Origin: Octopus vulgaris
Taxonomy: Eukaryota
Assembly (NCBI GenBank): GCA_951406725.2
Contig: OX597817.1
Coordinates: 77,252,001 to 77,316,000, forward strand
DNA: 64,000 nucleotides
Direction: 5' to 3'
A program made the translations under genes and the position numbers. This document shows, piece by piece, positions 52,845 to 64,000 of this stretch; the stretch's first letter is position 1; each line of letters begins with the position of its first letter. The notes beneath the pieces are model-generated. The model was given only the letters and a program-made list of their open reading frames with translations. It did no database searches and was not told the origin of the DNA.

Positions 52845-54423
52845 ATATTCTGTCTCCAATATCTTAAATGGAATTGACTATTGCAGACAGAGAAATTTAA
52901 TATGCTATCTGCAAGAGTGTCACAGGTTAAAATGTTACTAATAGTTGGCAAAGACAAAAATACTAGAATGCTACAGAAGTGACAGTTTGGTTGCGAAGAA
53001 AGCTAATTGCTTGAGATCCCTATACAAAGCCGGGGTCAGGTCATAGCATGACATAGTAATCTGTCAGAATTGACAACTAAATTTAGTAGTCAGAGTAAAA
53101 GAATGGAGAATGGAAGACTAAGAGTGGTGCACAATGGAACACAGTGAAATAGAAAAACTGAAAGCATGCTTGTTTGCTGATTAGGTAGATGTATAGATAT
53201 GGAGAAAGAAAGATACGTATACATACACATATTTACATATATATATATATATATATATAGACAGTAAAGTCCTGATCACTAGTAGAGTGTTATGTCAAAA
53301 GTAGATGCTATCAGAATGGAAATAAAGCCACAGTCCAAACATTTTCATTTTTTTTTACTGTTTGTTTTATTTTTTAGATATTGGGTTTGTTTTGTTTTTT
53401 TTTAGTGATTGAATTAGTCAAATAGTAAAGCTGAACTGGTATATATTTTACTGACTTACAGTGGGGGATTGGAAGGCAAAAAAAAATTCAGTATTACTCT
53501 GATAATTCAACAACTAATACAATGATCATGATCATCGTCATCACCACAAACATTATTTGATGTCTATTTTTTTATGCTGGCATGGATTAGACATTTTGAC
53601 AAGATCCGGGGAATTACAGGGCTTCACGAGTTCCAGTATCAGTATTGGCATGGTTTTGTACAGCTGGATGCTCTTCCAAACACCAATCACAATAGTGTAT
53701 ACTGGGCACTGTTTTTTCATGCCACCAGCATCAGTGAGGTAGCTGAGTAACTTGTAAGACAGTAAAAGAGAAAAGGAAAAAGGACAAAAACCTGTTGTTA
53801 CTAAGCTGAAGGGGATATTTCAGAAGGGACGTTGTATTATGCTAAAGTATAGTTGAAAGGCTGAAGTACTATAAAAGGATAAGCATTACTATCTTGCTAC
53901 AGAGGAGATACATGGCTATTCCACATCATATAGAGGTGGGTGGCAGTATCTGAAAAGGATATATAGAAGGTAGTGATGGGATGCCATAGCATACACTCAA
54001 AGTACAAGTAGGTGACAGTACAGACAATGCAGTTCTTGTTGCATATATATGTATATATATGTGTGTGTGTGGTTTTTAATGCTTTATAGCTTATACACAT
54101 GTTTCCTCAAAATGTCATAATAATTGCATAACAGTTGTAAAAACGTTGCATAATGTGGCAACTCACCTCATTAGTGTTCAGCAACAAATACATGTGTATG
54201 TCTTATAAAGCATTGAATACCATACTTGTCTTCTATATGTTGTCATTTCTATTACTTGGTTTTCATTTTACAAGCTAGCCTATTCCTATGCTGATGCCCT
54301 GCATTCTGTGACACAGGATACCGGGGTGGATTACAAAATGCACCACCTGAGCTTGGGCTTTGGTTACATGTTGCACTTCAGGGTGTCTTTATTCAATATA
54401 TAAGAAAGCAGTGTATGATTTAA

Positions 54424-54861
54424 CCCCTCATGACTATATTTCTGCTGAAATATACGACCTTTGCTCCAATTTTTAAAAAAATTTAATAAATAATTAAAAT
54501 AATTTTGTCATTGTTAAGGTGAGACTTGGAACTTCATTAACTTGAAATTTTGATGAGAGATTTGAATTTAGATTGCTTTAAAATAGGATGTTTGTGTCCT
54601 AGAACCTGGGGCAATCTCAGGTAGGTTGGTAACAAAAAGGTTAACATTTAAGCATCTAATCCAGCTATATCTGGCCCAAATATTTTACCTGTTTCATGTT
54701 CAAACCATCCAGACCTGACCTCTCATGCGTACTCTACAATGTTATTCTAATAATAAGCAATCATATTTAAACCTCAAAGCTACAAGATAATGCAGGAGTA
54801 ATTTCAAACAATGTGAATAAATAAGGGTTACATTTATAAAAGTAATCTGAGTGCTAACGGG
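54424..54861. mobile_element. Two adjacent TTAA-flanked MITEs sharing a central TTAA (54641-54644)
   Basis: TTAA|CCCC...GGTTGGTAACAAAAAGG|TTAA|CATTTAAGCAT...ATCTGAGTGCTAACGGG|TTAA. The first resembles the 34080 family; the second matches 63658-63852. Confidence 0.7.
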
Positions 54862-55077
54862 TTAAGTGAAATTTGGCTGTTATTACTGACATGACATGTT
54901 AACCAACTATGCAGAAGCACTCTTGTTGGATCCAAATTACTAACAGTAATATGCTGGGGCTGGAGGAGGGAGAGTGATGCATTCCATCAACAATACTCCC
55001 CACGTGCAACTCTATCTATCATGTGATCATTAGCTTAGTCTCTGTCTAGTCACAGGAATAATTTATATTCTCTCAAA

Positions 55078-55085
55078 TGACGTCA
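55078..55085. promoter_or_regulatory. Full palindromic CRE (TGACGTCA) with adjacent E-box CAGGTG (55088-55093)
   Basis: Exact consensus match with the CpG retained, in unique sequence. Function untested. Confidence 0.35.
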
Positions 55086-56244
55086 CTCAGGTGAGGAATA
55101 AGTTTAACGAAGATACGTATGATTACATTATAATATAAAATTAATAAAAACACCCAAAAATAATATTCTTGAGATTCTTTTATTGTTGTTGTTGTTGTAG
55201 GCCAGGTTTGTGTGTTTGTTGCTTTATAATTATTATTATCATTATTATTATTATTGTTATTTGTTTCATTTTTCCAAAGCAAGGAATTAACGATGGCTAA
55301 GGAATGTGTAGTCTAATGGCATTACTTCATAAGAGTGATTAAGCCAAAAAAAAGGGGGTCATGATGGGGTGGGAGGGGTGATGGGTGCAGTGGCTGAGGG
55401 AGGGGTAGTAAATGTTGAGTGCAAATATGTTGTTTAAGGGATCGGATTGCATCCTATGTAATAACAAATTAACACCAGGTAAAAAAAAAAACCCAAAATA
55501 AAAACAAAAAATAATATAAATCATATTTTAAAATCATCATCATCATTGTTATTCTCTGCCTCCTCATCCTCGATATTATTAGCGTCATCATTTACGTCGG
55601 TGCATTTATAGACGGTGTAAGAGGAAACAGCCAGCAAATAAGGAAAGATGTTTGTAACTTTTGTTTTTCTTTTTTTTTTATTATCCATTTAAAAAAAAAT
55701 GTTTTTTAAGCCCACACCTGCAGCCTCCCTTGTATCAATAATAATAATCATAATGATGATGATGATGACGATAGGCAAATGAAAGCTGAAGGGGGCAAAA
55801 TATATTTAAAACTGTAAACTGAGGTTCATGCTTCCCTTTCCTCTTTCATAGTCTACCACTACTGCTACTCCTACTACCACCACTACTACTACATGTTGTA
55901 TCTGATACCTATGTGAATCCACCGGCACAACCTAACAAAAAAACCACCATTCACCACAAACCTAACCATGACCAATTCCACTTGAGATCTAATGTTTCTT
56001 TTTATAGAATTCTAATTTTTCTACTTTTAGGGTTTGAGGGGGGGAGGGTGAAGTAGAGCTGAGAGTGGGCGGGGTAGCACATTGGTTTTTTTCTTGTTTT
56101 CTATTTATTGGAGGATTTTGTAATATAAAACTCAATGCAACAATACACCGTCTTTAATTGATATTACTTGTTTACGATGATGTAAGAGCAGTTTGCCAAA
56201 TATTTATTTAGTAATCATTATTATTATTATTATTATTATTATTA

Positions 56245-56460
56245 AGGCAGCAAGCTGGTAAAATCTTTAGCATACTGGGAAAAATGCTTAGTGGCATTTC
56301 ATCCATCCTTATGCTCTGAGTTCAAATCCTACCAAGGTAGACTTTATATATCTCTACCTTTCGGGGTCGATAAATTAAGTACCAGTTGAGCACTGAGTTT
56401 GATGTAATCGACTTAGCCCTGCTCGCAAAATTGTTGGCCTTGTGCCAAAATTTTAAACCA
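56245..56460 (+). mobile_element. SINE family C copy in an (ATT)n tract, directly upstream of the family A SINE
   Basis: Reads GGCAGCAAGCTGG...GAGTTCAAATCC...CCTTTCGGGGTCGATAAATTAAGTACCAG. Confidence 0.78.
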
Positions 56461-56488
56461 TTATTATTATTATTATTATTATTATTGT

Positions 56489-56796
56489 GGAGACGCAATG
56501 GCCCAGTGGTTAGGGCAGCGGACTCGAGGTCATAGGATCGCGGTTTCGATTCCCAGACTGAGTGTTGTGAGTGTTTATTGAGCGAAAACACCTAAAGCTC
56601 CACGAGGCTCCGGCAGGGGGTGGTGGAGGTCCCTGCTGTACTCTTTCGTCACAACTTTCTCTCACACTTTCTTCTGTTGGCCTGCTCGATTAGCCAGCAG
56701 GGTGGCGTCATCTGTAGGCTAAAACAATGTGAAGCGCATTGTGACCAGCGATGTGTAGCAACATCTGATAGCCTGGTCGGTCACATGATCATGTGA
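56489..56796 (+). mobile_element. tRNA-derived SINE, family A (tRNA-Arg-like head), near full length
   Basis: A box TGGCCCAGTGG, B box GTTTCGATTCC and a TCG anticodon-like loop. Inserted in an (ATT)n tract. Homologous copies at 50567-50874 and 62251-62523. Confidence 0.85.
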
Positions 56797-57131
56797 TTAT
56801 TATTATTATTATTATTATTGTTGGTCTACTTTTTATGTGAGCTGTTTGTCTGTTAGTCTGATTCATGAAGTTACGAAATTTCCTAAAATGAACATATGAC
56901 CTAAACCAAAATAACAAAAAGAAAAGAAAAAGAAAGATGCAAAACCACAAGTACTTCTACAAGAAGGCAATTAGCTTACCCTTCAAAGAATATAAATATG
57001 AATAATAAAAGACAAATCAACAAGAAAACAAAACCTACGTATTCAAATTTATGTTTTGTCACTATTTTTTGTTCCTTAGCTTTTTATTTCTTCCTTTTCT
57101 ATTCCATTCTGTTTTTTTGATTATTTGTGTG

Positions 57132-57209
<78 letters not shown>

Positions 57210-58599
57210 GACATGCAATGAAAGTGCTTGCAAGAACTTGATATTGAAATGTGTCAACAGTACAAACGTCACAAGTGGTAGACTCTAGAAATATCAACGC
57301 AAAACTTATAAATAGCACACATTTCTTTTCCGCTATATGTCCACTGTTTCAAAATTCACTAATTTCAGACCTAAAGAAATAAATATAAAAAGTAAAATCT
57401 ACTTTTACTACGACAACAATTTTACATTACAAATATTTCCATTCATGGTTTTTTTTTAAGTAATACTTCAGATTCGAGCCTGCTGCAGCTATCTGGTTCA
57501 CCAGTCCTCAGTCAAATCGTCTGACCCATGCTAGCATGGAAAGCGGACGTTAAACGATGATGATGATGATGATGACGATGATGATTTCAATTGGGTAAGG
57601 AAACGTTAACACACCAGATGAAATGCTTAGTGGTGTTTTGTCTGTCTTTATGTTCTGAGTTCAAATTCCGCCGAGGTCAACTTTGCCTTTTATCCTTTCG
57701 GGGTTGGTAAATCAAGTAACCAGTTGTTAAGCAGTATTTTGTCTACTACTACGTTATGAGTTCATATTCCACCAAGATTGACTTTGCCTTTTATCCTTTC
57801 AGAGTCAATAAATTAAGTACCAATTGCTTACTGGATTCGATCTGATTGACTGGCCCCCTTCCCCAAAATTTCAAGGCCTCGTGTCTTCAGTAGAAAGGAC
57901 TATTAGTAGTACTAGTAGTAGTAGTAGTAGCAGAAGCAGCAGCAGCAGCCGTTCAAGAATTTGGACCTGAAGATCTCCATTTCCAGCAGCTTCGAGGGCC
58001 ACCTCCCAGTGGGGTCAGGCATCAACGAAGAGCCCTCAACTACAACAAGACGACCAAAGTTTTTTTTTTTTTCTAAGGTCTGGGGTTTCCCGCCCCTAAG
58101 CCCTAGACCATCACCTAATCACCCTTACCCGTCTTGTTGCTTAACAACAACAACAGCAGCAGCAGCAGAAACAGTAGAAGTGATGATGGTGGTGGTGGTG
58201 ATGGCTGTGGTGATGATGAAGTTAGAGAGGTTTGGAGTAGCAATATTGCTGGTTTTTGTTATAGATAATATCAGTAGTAGTAGTAGTAATAGATGTTGGT
58301 TTTATTGTTGATGTTGTTGTCGTTGTGATGATAGTGTTAATGGAGTGCTGTTTTACTGATAGTGGTAAAGCAGTGTTTTAGTAATTGCAGAGATATATAG
58401 TGGTAGCAACCACAACGGCAACGGCCGAGGCAGAAGCAAAGCGATGGCGCTAGCAGAGGGAGAAGAGGAGAAATTATTGATCTTAAATCCAGGATTAATT
58501 TGAAATATAAGAACTTATCCAAGATGTCCAACTTCTCTCAGCCCTCTAGGAAAGCAGTACAAATCATCCAACCAGACAGAAACCTATTTCTCTCTCACC

Positions 58600-58940
58600 A
58601 CCCACAATCCACCACCACCACCAACAACAACACAACCGCTATCTGTCCGTTCTTTTTGTACCACTATGGACACTACTACAACTATTAATACATCGATACC
58701 ATCATCCAATACAGATACACTTCTTGTTATCACTAATACAAATTTTATTGTTATTGTTACTTTTACACCTACAATTATTATTATTATTATTGTTGTTGTT
58801 GTTATTGTTGCTGTTGTTGTTACAATTACCATCACCGGCAGCTGCAGCAGCCTTATTGCCTACTGTTGTAACCATCAATATTCTTCTTATTGCTATACTT
58901 TCCATTATTATTATTATTAGCATTATCATTGCTATTATTA

Positions 58941-58999
<59 letters not shown>

Positions 59000-59181
59000 G
59001 TTATTGCACTACTGTCACCATTGATATTCCTCTTATTATGGTGCTTGCAATTTACTCTTCTCAATGTTATTAAGCTCATTATAATCACCATCGACACCAG
59101 CACCATCACCACCATCAACACCAACATCATCATTATCGCTGTCGCTCAGCATCATCATCATTATCACCATCATCACCATCG

Positions 59182-59212
<31 letters not shown>

Positions 59213-59690
59213 CTTCATCACTGTCGTCGTGGTCATCATCACTATCTTTGTTGTCATCGTCGTCATCGTCGTCATCATCATCATCCTAATCACCGTTGTC
59301 GTTCAGTCGATGTGTTAGTTATTGCCATCGCTATTACTTTTACAATGACCTTTATCGTCATTATCACAGTCATCAACAACATTATCAGCACCGTGTCATC
59401 GTCAGCGAGTCTTGATGTTGTCGCCGTTGTCGTCATTTATCACCATCACATGGGCTCAACAACTTAGGAGTTGTTGACGGTTATTGTTATTACTTTTACT
59501 ATTTACTTATTAACATTATCATTATCACCATCAACAGCATCATCATCATCATCATCAACATCATCATGATGTCATCTTTCTAATCAACATTATCATCACT
59601 ATCTTTGTTATCTGAAATATTTTTCGTACAGATATCGCTATTAATTTCACTATAAATTTTCATCGTCCTTTATAACCACTATTACTATGG

Positions 59691-59724
<34 letters not shown>

Positions 59725-60870
59725 CATTTTTATTATTATTATTATTATTGCTGCTGTTGTTGTTGTTGTTAATACCATCACAATCATCAGCATAGACTTC
59801 AACATCAATATTTTTCATACGGCTGTGCAAGTTATCTGCTATTTGCTTTTATCACGATATATCATCGTTATTGCCATCATCATGATCATCATGATCATCA
59901 TCATAATCATCATCACCATTATCCCTACCATCATCATCACCATCATCAACAACAACAACACAATTATCACCAATATTCGTCTTACTGTTGGCGAATGATT
60001 TTCCTTTCTCTTTTGCTGTGACTTATCCTCTTCCTCATTGCCCTCTTCTCCCTCTTCATCATCATCATCATCATCTTTATTTTCATATATAAGGTAACCG
60101 TGATTGCAGTGGATGTTTTCATCACCATCATCATCATCATTGTCATCATCAATTTTGAACACAATGGTCATAACGATGATGATGATGAAGATGATGAAGA
60201 TGAAGATGATGAAGATGATGATGATGATGATGATGATGGTGATGATGATGGTCATCACAATGATTGCAACTGTTGCTACCGTCATCATAAGTTTGAAGAA
60301 AATGGTTATAGCGATTCCCATTATTACCATCATCCTTGCCATTTTCATCACCATTACGATCACCAACATCATTATCATTTTCAAGACAATGGTTATAGCA
60401 ATTGTTATCATCATCAACATTGTCCTCATCATCATCATCATCATCATTGTCTGAACGACCATCATCATAATCGTTGTTGTCGGTATTGTTATTGTTATCC
60501 TTCTCATCATCATCTTCATCATCATCATCATCACCAACATAACTGTCATCTTCATCATCTTTATCCTCAATGTCGTTATCATCATCATCGTCATCATCAT
60601 CACTAGCACCATCATCGTCATCTACACATTCATCATCATCATCACCCTCATCATCGTCATTAACATTTTGAAGTTAATGGATATAGCAATTGTCATTATT
60701 ATCATCATGATCGTGATAATCATTACCAGCCACATTATCATCATTATCATCATTATCACAACCACCACCACCATCACCACCACCACCACCATCATCATCA
60801 TGAACACCAGCACCACCACCGCTACCACCACCACCACCACCACCACCATCATCAGTGTCATCATCAATAT
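58600..60870. repeat. ~2.3-kb degenerate trinucleotide tract (CAT/ATT/CAC/GAT/GTT)
   Basis: Continuous triplet periodicity producing poly-I/H/M/D ORFs. Confidence 0.92.
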
Positions 60871-61564
60871 ATCAGGCTGCCAGACATAAATAACATAAAT
60901 CAAGTTTATAGTAGGAGGAACAGCGAAAAGAAAGAGAAGTGATGGGCAGAAGAGGGAAAAGTGTTCTGCACGGTGGTGGTGCGAGGGGGGGTGGGGCATG
61001 GTGGGAGTTTTAGTATCTAGAACAATAGATAAAAATTACAGTTCTGGCCTGATCCGCAGAGGTCATATCACTGGAGTTAGCCGCTCCAATCAAGTTTGGT
61101 TAGACATGTTCAGACTAGTATGTGTGCTTCCTCCCAAGTCTGTGGCTGCACGCGTGTATGCGGATGTATGTGAACATATCTATCTATATGTCTGTGTGTG
61201 TGTGTGTGTGTATGTATATGCATTTGTATATGTCTGCTTCTGTCTTTCTGTATATGTCTGCGTATGTACATGTGTGTGTGTGTGTGTCAGAATTGATAGA
61301 TGCTGCTAAGCAAGCCAGACGTGGGTGATATTGTTAAGTCAATAATGGCACACGTATACAACCGGCGGTGTTTTTCTATGTGATTTGTGGCAAAGGAAGT
61401 AGAAGAGAATCTTATGAAGAACTTTCCAAAACTTTAAATCAGTGGTGTATACACAAACATTTATTGATGTGTAAAACGCCCACACATACATATACATACG
61501 TATACACATAGGCACACACACATATATATATGCATATGTATGTACTTATATGTGTGTGTGTGAG

Positions 61565-61611
<47 letters not shown>

Positions 61612-61676
61612 ACTTAAGCCAGCATGGAAAAGAGACATTAAATGATAACAACTGAAGATATGTATGTGCATGTGTA

Positions 61677-61730
<54 letters not shown>

Positions 61731-61850
61731 CATGTGTATGTATATATATATATATATACATGTTTTGAACTTGAATTATTATACAGAGGCCTAAAAATGA
61801 AATCTGTATAAAAGTGTACATTTTTAAACAAAGAAAATGTATCATATGTA

Positions 61851-61902
<52 letters not shown>

Positions 61903-62250
61903 AAGACATGTCAATATATGTGTTTGCATGTATCACACACACACACAAACTTGTGAAATCCAAATCTGTGGTGGTGCTATAGTTAAATGACATTCAAAGA
62001 ACACTAACTGAAATGATAAGCAAGGATTCTTCACCAAGACACTCCGGACCCTGTCCCACAGAGACGGTGCCTCTACCGACTGTCTAATTACTGCCACTAC
62101 TACAGAGGCTTCTGTTTTCTTTCTTCAAGAAGTTACCAATTCTCATACCATCTCCACTCAAGAAATTTCAACATTTCTCTCATAAACCAAATTATGTTTA
62201 TATATACATACACATACATATATACACACAGACACACACACACACACACA

Positions 62251-62523
62251 CACGTGATCACGTGACCGACGAGGCTATCAGATGTTGCTACACATAGCTG
62301 GTCACAATGCGTTCGCATTGTTTTAGCCTTTGAATGACGCAGGCCAACAGAAGAAAGAGTGAGAGAAAGAGTGGTGAAAGAGTACAGCAGAGATCACCAC
62401 CCCCTGCCAGAGCCTTGTGGAGCTTTTAGGTGTTTTCGCTCAATAAACATTCACAACGCCTGGTCTGGGAATCGAAACCGCGATCCTGCGACCGTAAGTC
62501 CACTGCCCTAACCACTGGGCCAT
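62251..62523 (-). mobile_element. tRNA-derived SINE, family A
   Basis: Reverse complement of the 56489 copy: same head, core and ...GGTCACGTGATCACGTG tail, with an internal deletion. Confidence 0.85.
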
Positions 62524-63657
62524 ATATATATGTATGTATGTATGTGTGTACACATATGTGTTTGTGTGTCTTGTACAGAATCTTGTACATCCAAAATTCT
62601 TTCCCAGGTAAATGATTTTTTTCCTGCAGCCATTTGCTTTGCATCTGTTCATGGTTTTGGACTCAGTATTCACTGAGAGTCTGTGAAGGATTTTGGCCAA
62701 CTCTCTTCCTCAAACCCATACATGATATATATATTTGTGTATGTGTGTGTGCGCATGTGTGTGTGGTTTAGTGGTTAAAGTGTAGCACTCATGATCTAGC
62801 AATCATGGTTTACAATTCCTAGACGAGGTAGTGCATAGTGTTCTTGAGAAAAACTTCATCTTACATCATTGCTCTGAGATCACTTTGACACCTGACACAT
62901 GGTACACCATGCACCTATTTAGACACTACAAACAAATCATTTGAGCAGGTCCTTCGTTCAAAGCTGAATGCTCATACATCATCTTCAACAGGAGAGTCCA
63001 TCATATACATACATATATACATACATACTTAAATGTACATATATACATACATATGTGCATATACATACATATATACATACATATACATGCATATTTATAT
63101 ATGTGTATGTATATATATATATATATATATATAAATATATACACACATATACACACACATACATATATATGCATATATATACATACACACAGCATTACAC
63201 ATACACATATATAAGAAACACATTGTAAATTTGACATACTAAGAAATGTACCTATGATGTAGATATATAGGCAAAAGACAGTAAAGAGATCTATTTCAGT
63301 AATTTATGTAAAATATAATTTATAAATGGATTTGAAGATCTTTCTTGCCAATAACATGACAAAAATACAATTTGTATATCTTGGCTAAGGAACAAAAAGC
63401 AATAAAAAGGTTGGAACTTAGAACTCTGACTCATATGAAGTCTACAATTAAATGCTGTCTTCATTTAGTTCCTACAAATTCTCCCTCTTCGATTTGAGAT
63501 TGAACAGCAGAAACTTGGTTGTTGTTCTTGTTTTTGACTGGCCCACATATCTTCTCTTGCTAAACAGAGGTATGTCTAAAGACATTCTAGTTAAAATGAA
63601 TACCAGTGTGGCTCAGTGGGTGGAAGGAACAATACTGAAAGAAGATGAGCCGCTTCG

Positions 63658-63852
63658 CTCTTTAGCATTTCAACCAGTTATATCAGGCTCAAATATTCTA
63701 CCTGTCTTACGTTGAAACTGGACAGATCCAGTTTCTCACATCTACTCTACAATGTCATTATAAAAATAAACAATCTCTTCTTCAAAATTTTGAAGCTACA
63801 AGATAATGCATGATTAATTCAAAACTATGTGAATAAACAAACATGCTGAAGG
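63658..63852. mobile_element. TTAA-type MITE, second family
   Basis: CTCTTTAGCATTT...AAATATTCTACCTG...AAGCTACAAGATAATGCA...ATGCTGAAGGG|TTAA, homologous to 54645-54861. Confidence 0.68.
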
Positions 63853-63909
63853 GTTAAAGAAGGCTGTATAACATAGGGGATATGGCAATGAGAACCCCAA
63901 TCTTCAACC

Positions 63910-63919
63910 CTAAAAATAG
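63910..63919. promoter_or_regulatory. Perfect MEF2-binding consensus CTAAAAATAG
   Basis: Exact CTA(A/T)4TAG match inside the inferred Mef2 locus. Chance occurrence is plausible in AT-rich DNA. Confidence 0.3.
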
Positions 63920-64000
63920 CTGGTATCATGAGTGGACAATGGACTACAGAAACTATTGGTCTATTTTAGAGAGTAAAAAATTTGTCATTGGTATCCAATA

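Noticed and set aside
56489-56560. tRNA-Arg gene
   Set aside because: A/B boxes are present, but there is no proper acceptor stem or terminator and it continues into a multi-copy SINE body.
58584-60999. ORFs of 247-260 aa with poly-I/M/H and apparent transmembrane character
   Set aside because: Trinucleotide-repeat artefacts, open on both strands with no domain signature.
62600-62640. Minus-strand GCRKKII resembling the MEF2 N-terminus MGRKKIQI
   Set aside because: No in-frame start Met, no following TRI.DERNRQ and no donor; coincidental.

Overview
AT-rich, microsatellite-saturated animal genomic DNA. The repeat landscape points to a coleoid cephalopod, probably Octopus (inference). Only one protein-coding exon is convincing: a 204-nt phase-0/0 exon of Mef2 (MADS-box plus MEF2 domain) on the minus strand at 49699-49902. 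I could not find the first coding exon (MGRKKIQI...) or the usual next exon (HJURP_C-like), so the rest of the window appears to be two very large Mef2 introns. These hold several SINE-like families, TTAA-flanked piggyBac-type MITEs, a decayed maT/DD37D-like Tc1/mariner element, an RTE LINE 3' fragment and long (TA)n/(CA)n/(AAT)n/(CAT)n tracts. Almost all ORF-track entries are microsatellite artefacts. The most notable unexplained signals are: (1) several minimal, Penelope-type hammerhead-ribozyme-like motifs, mostly sense to the Mef2 pre-mRNA and each apparently damaged; (2) long hairpins and inverted SINE pairs, including a pair bracketing the stop-free MADS exon, which suggests ADAR substrates or a circRNA; (3) candidate alternative exons in frame with the MEF2 domain; (4) CpG-retaining motif islands with CRE, GC/CCAAT boxes and a perfect MEF2 site. 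Repeat boundaries were read by eye and are approximate.
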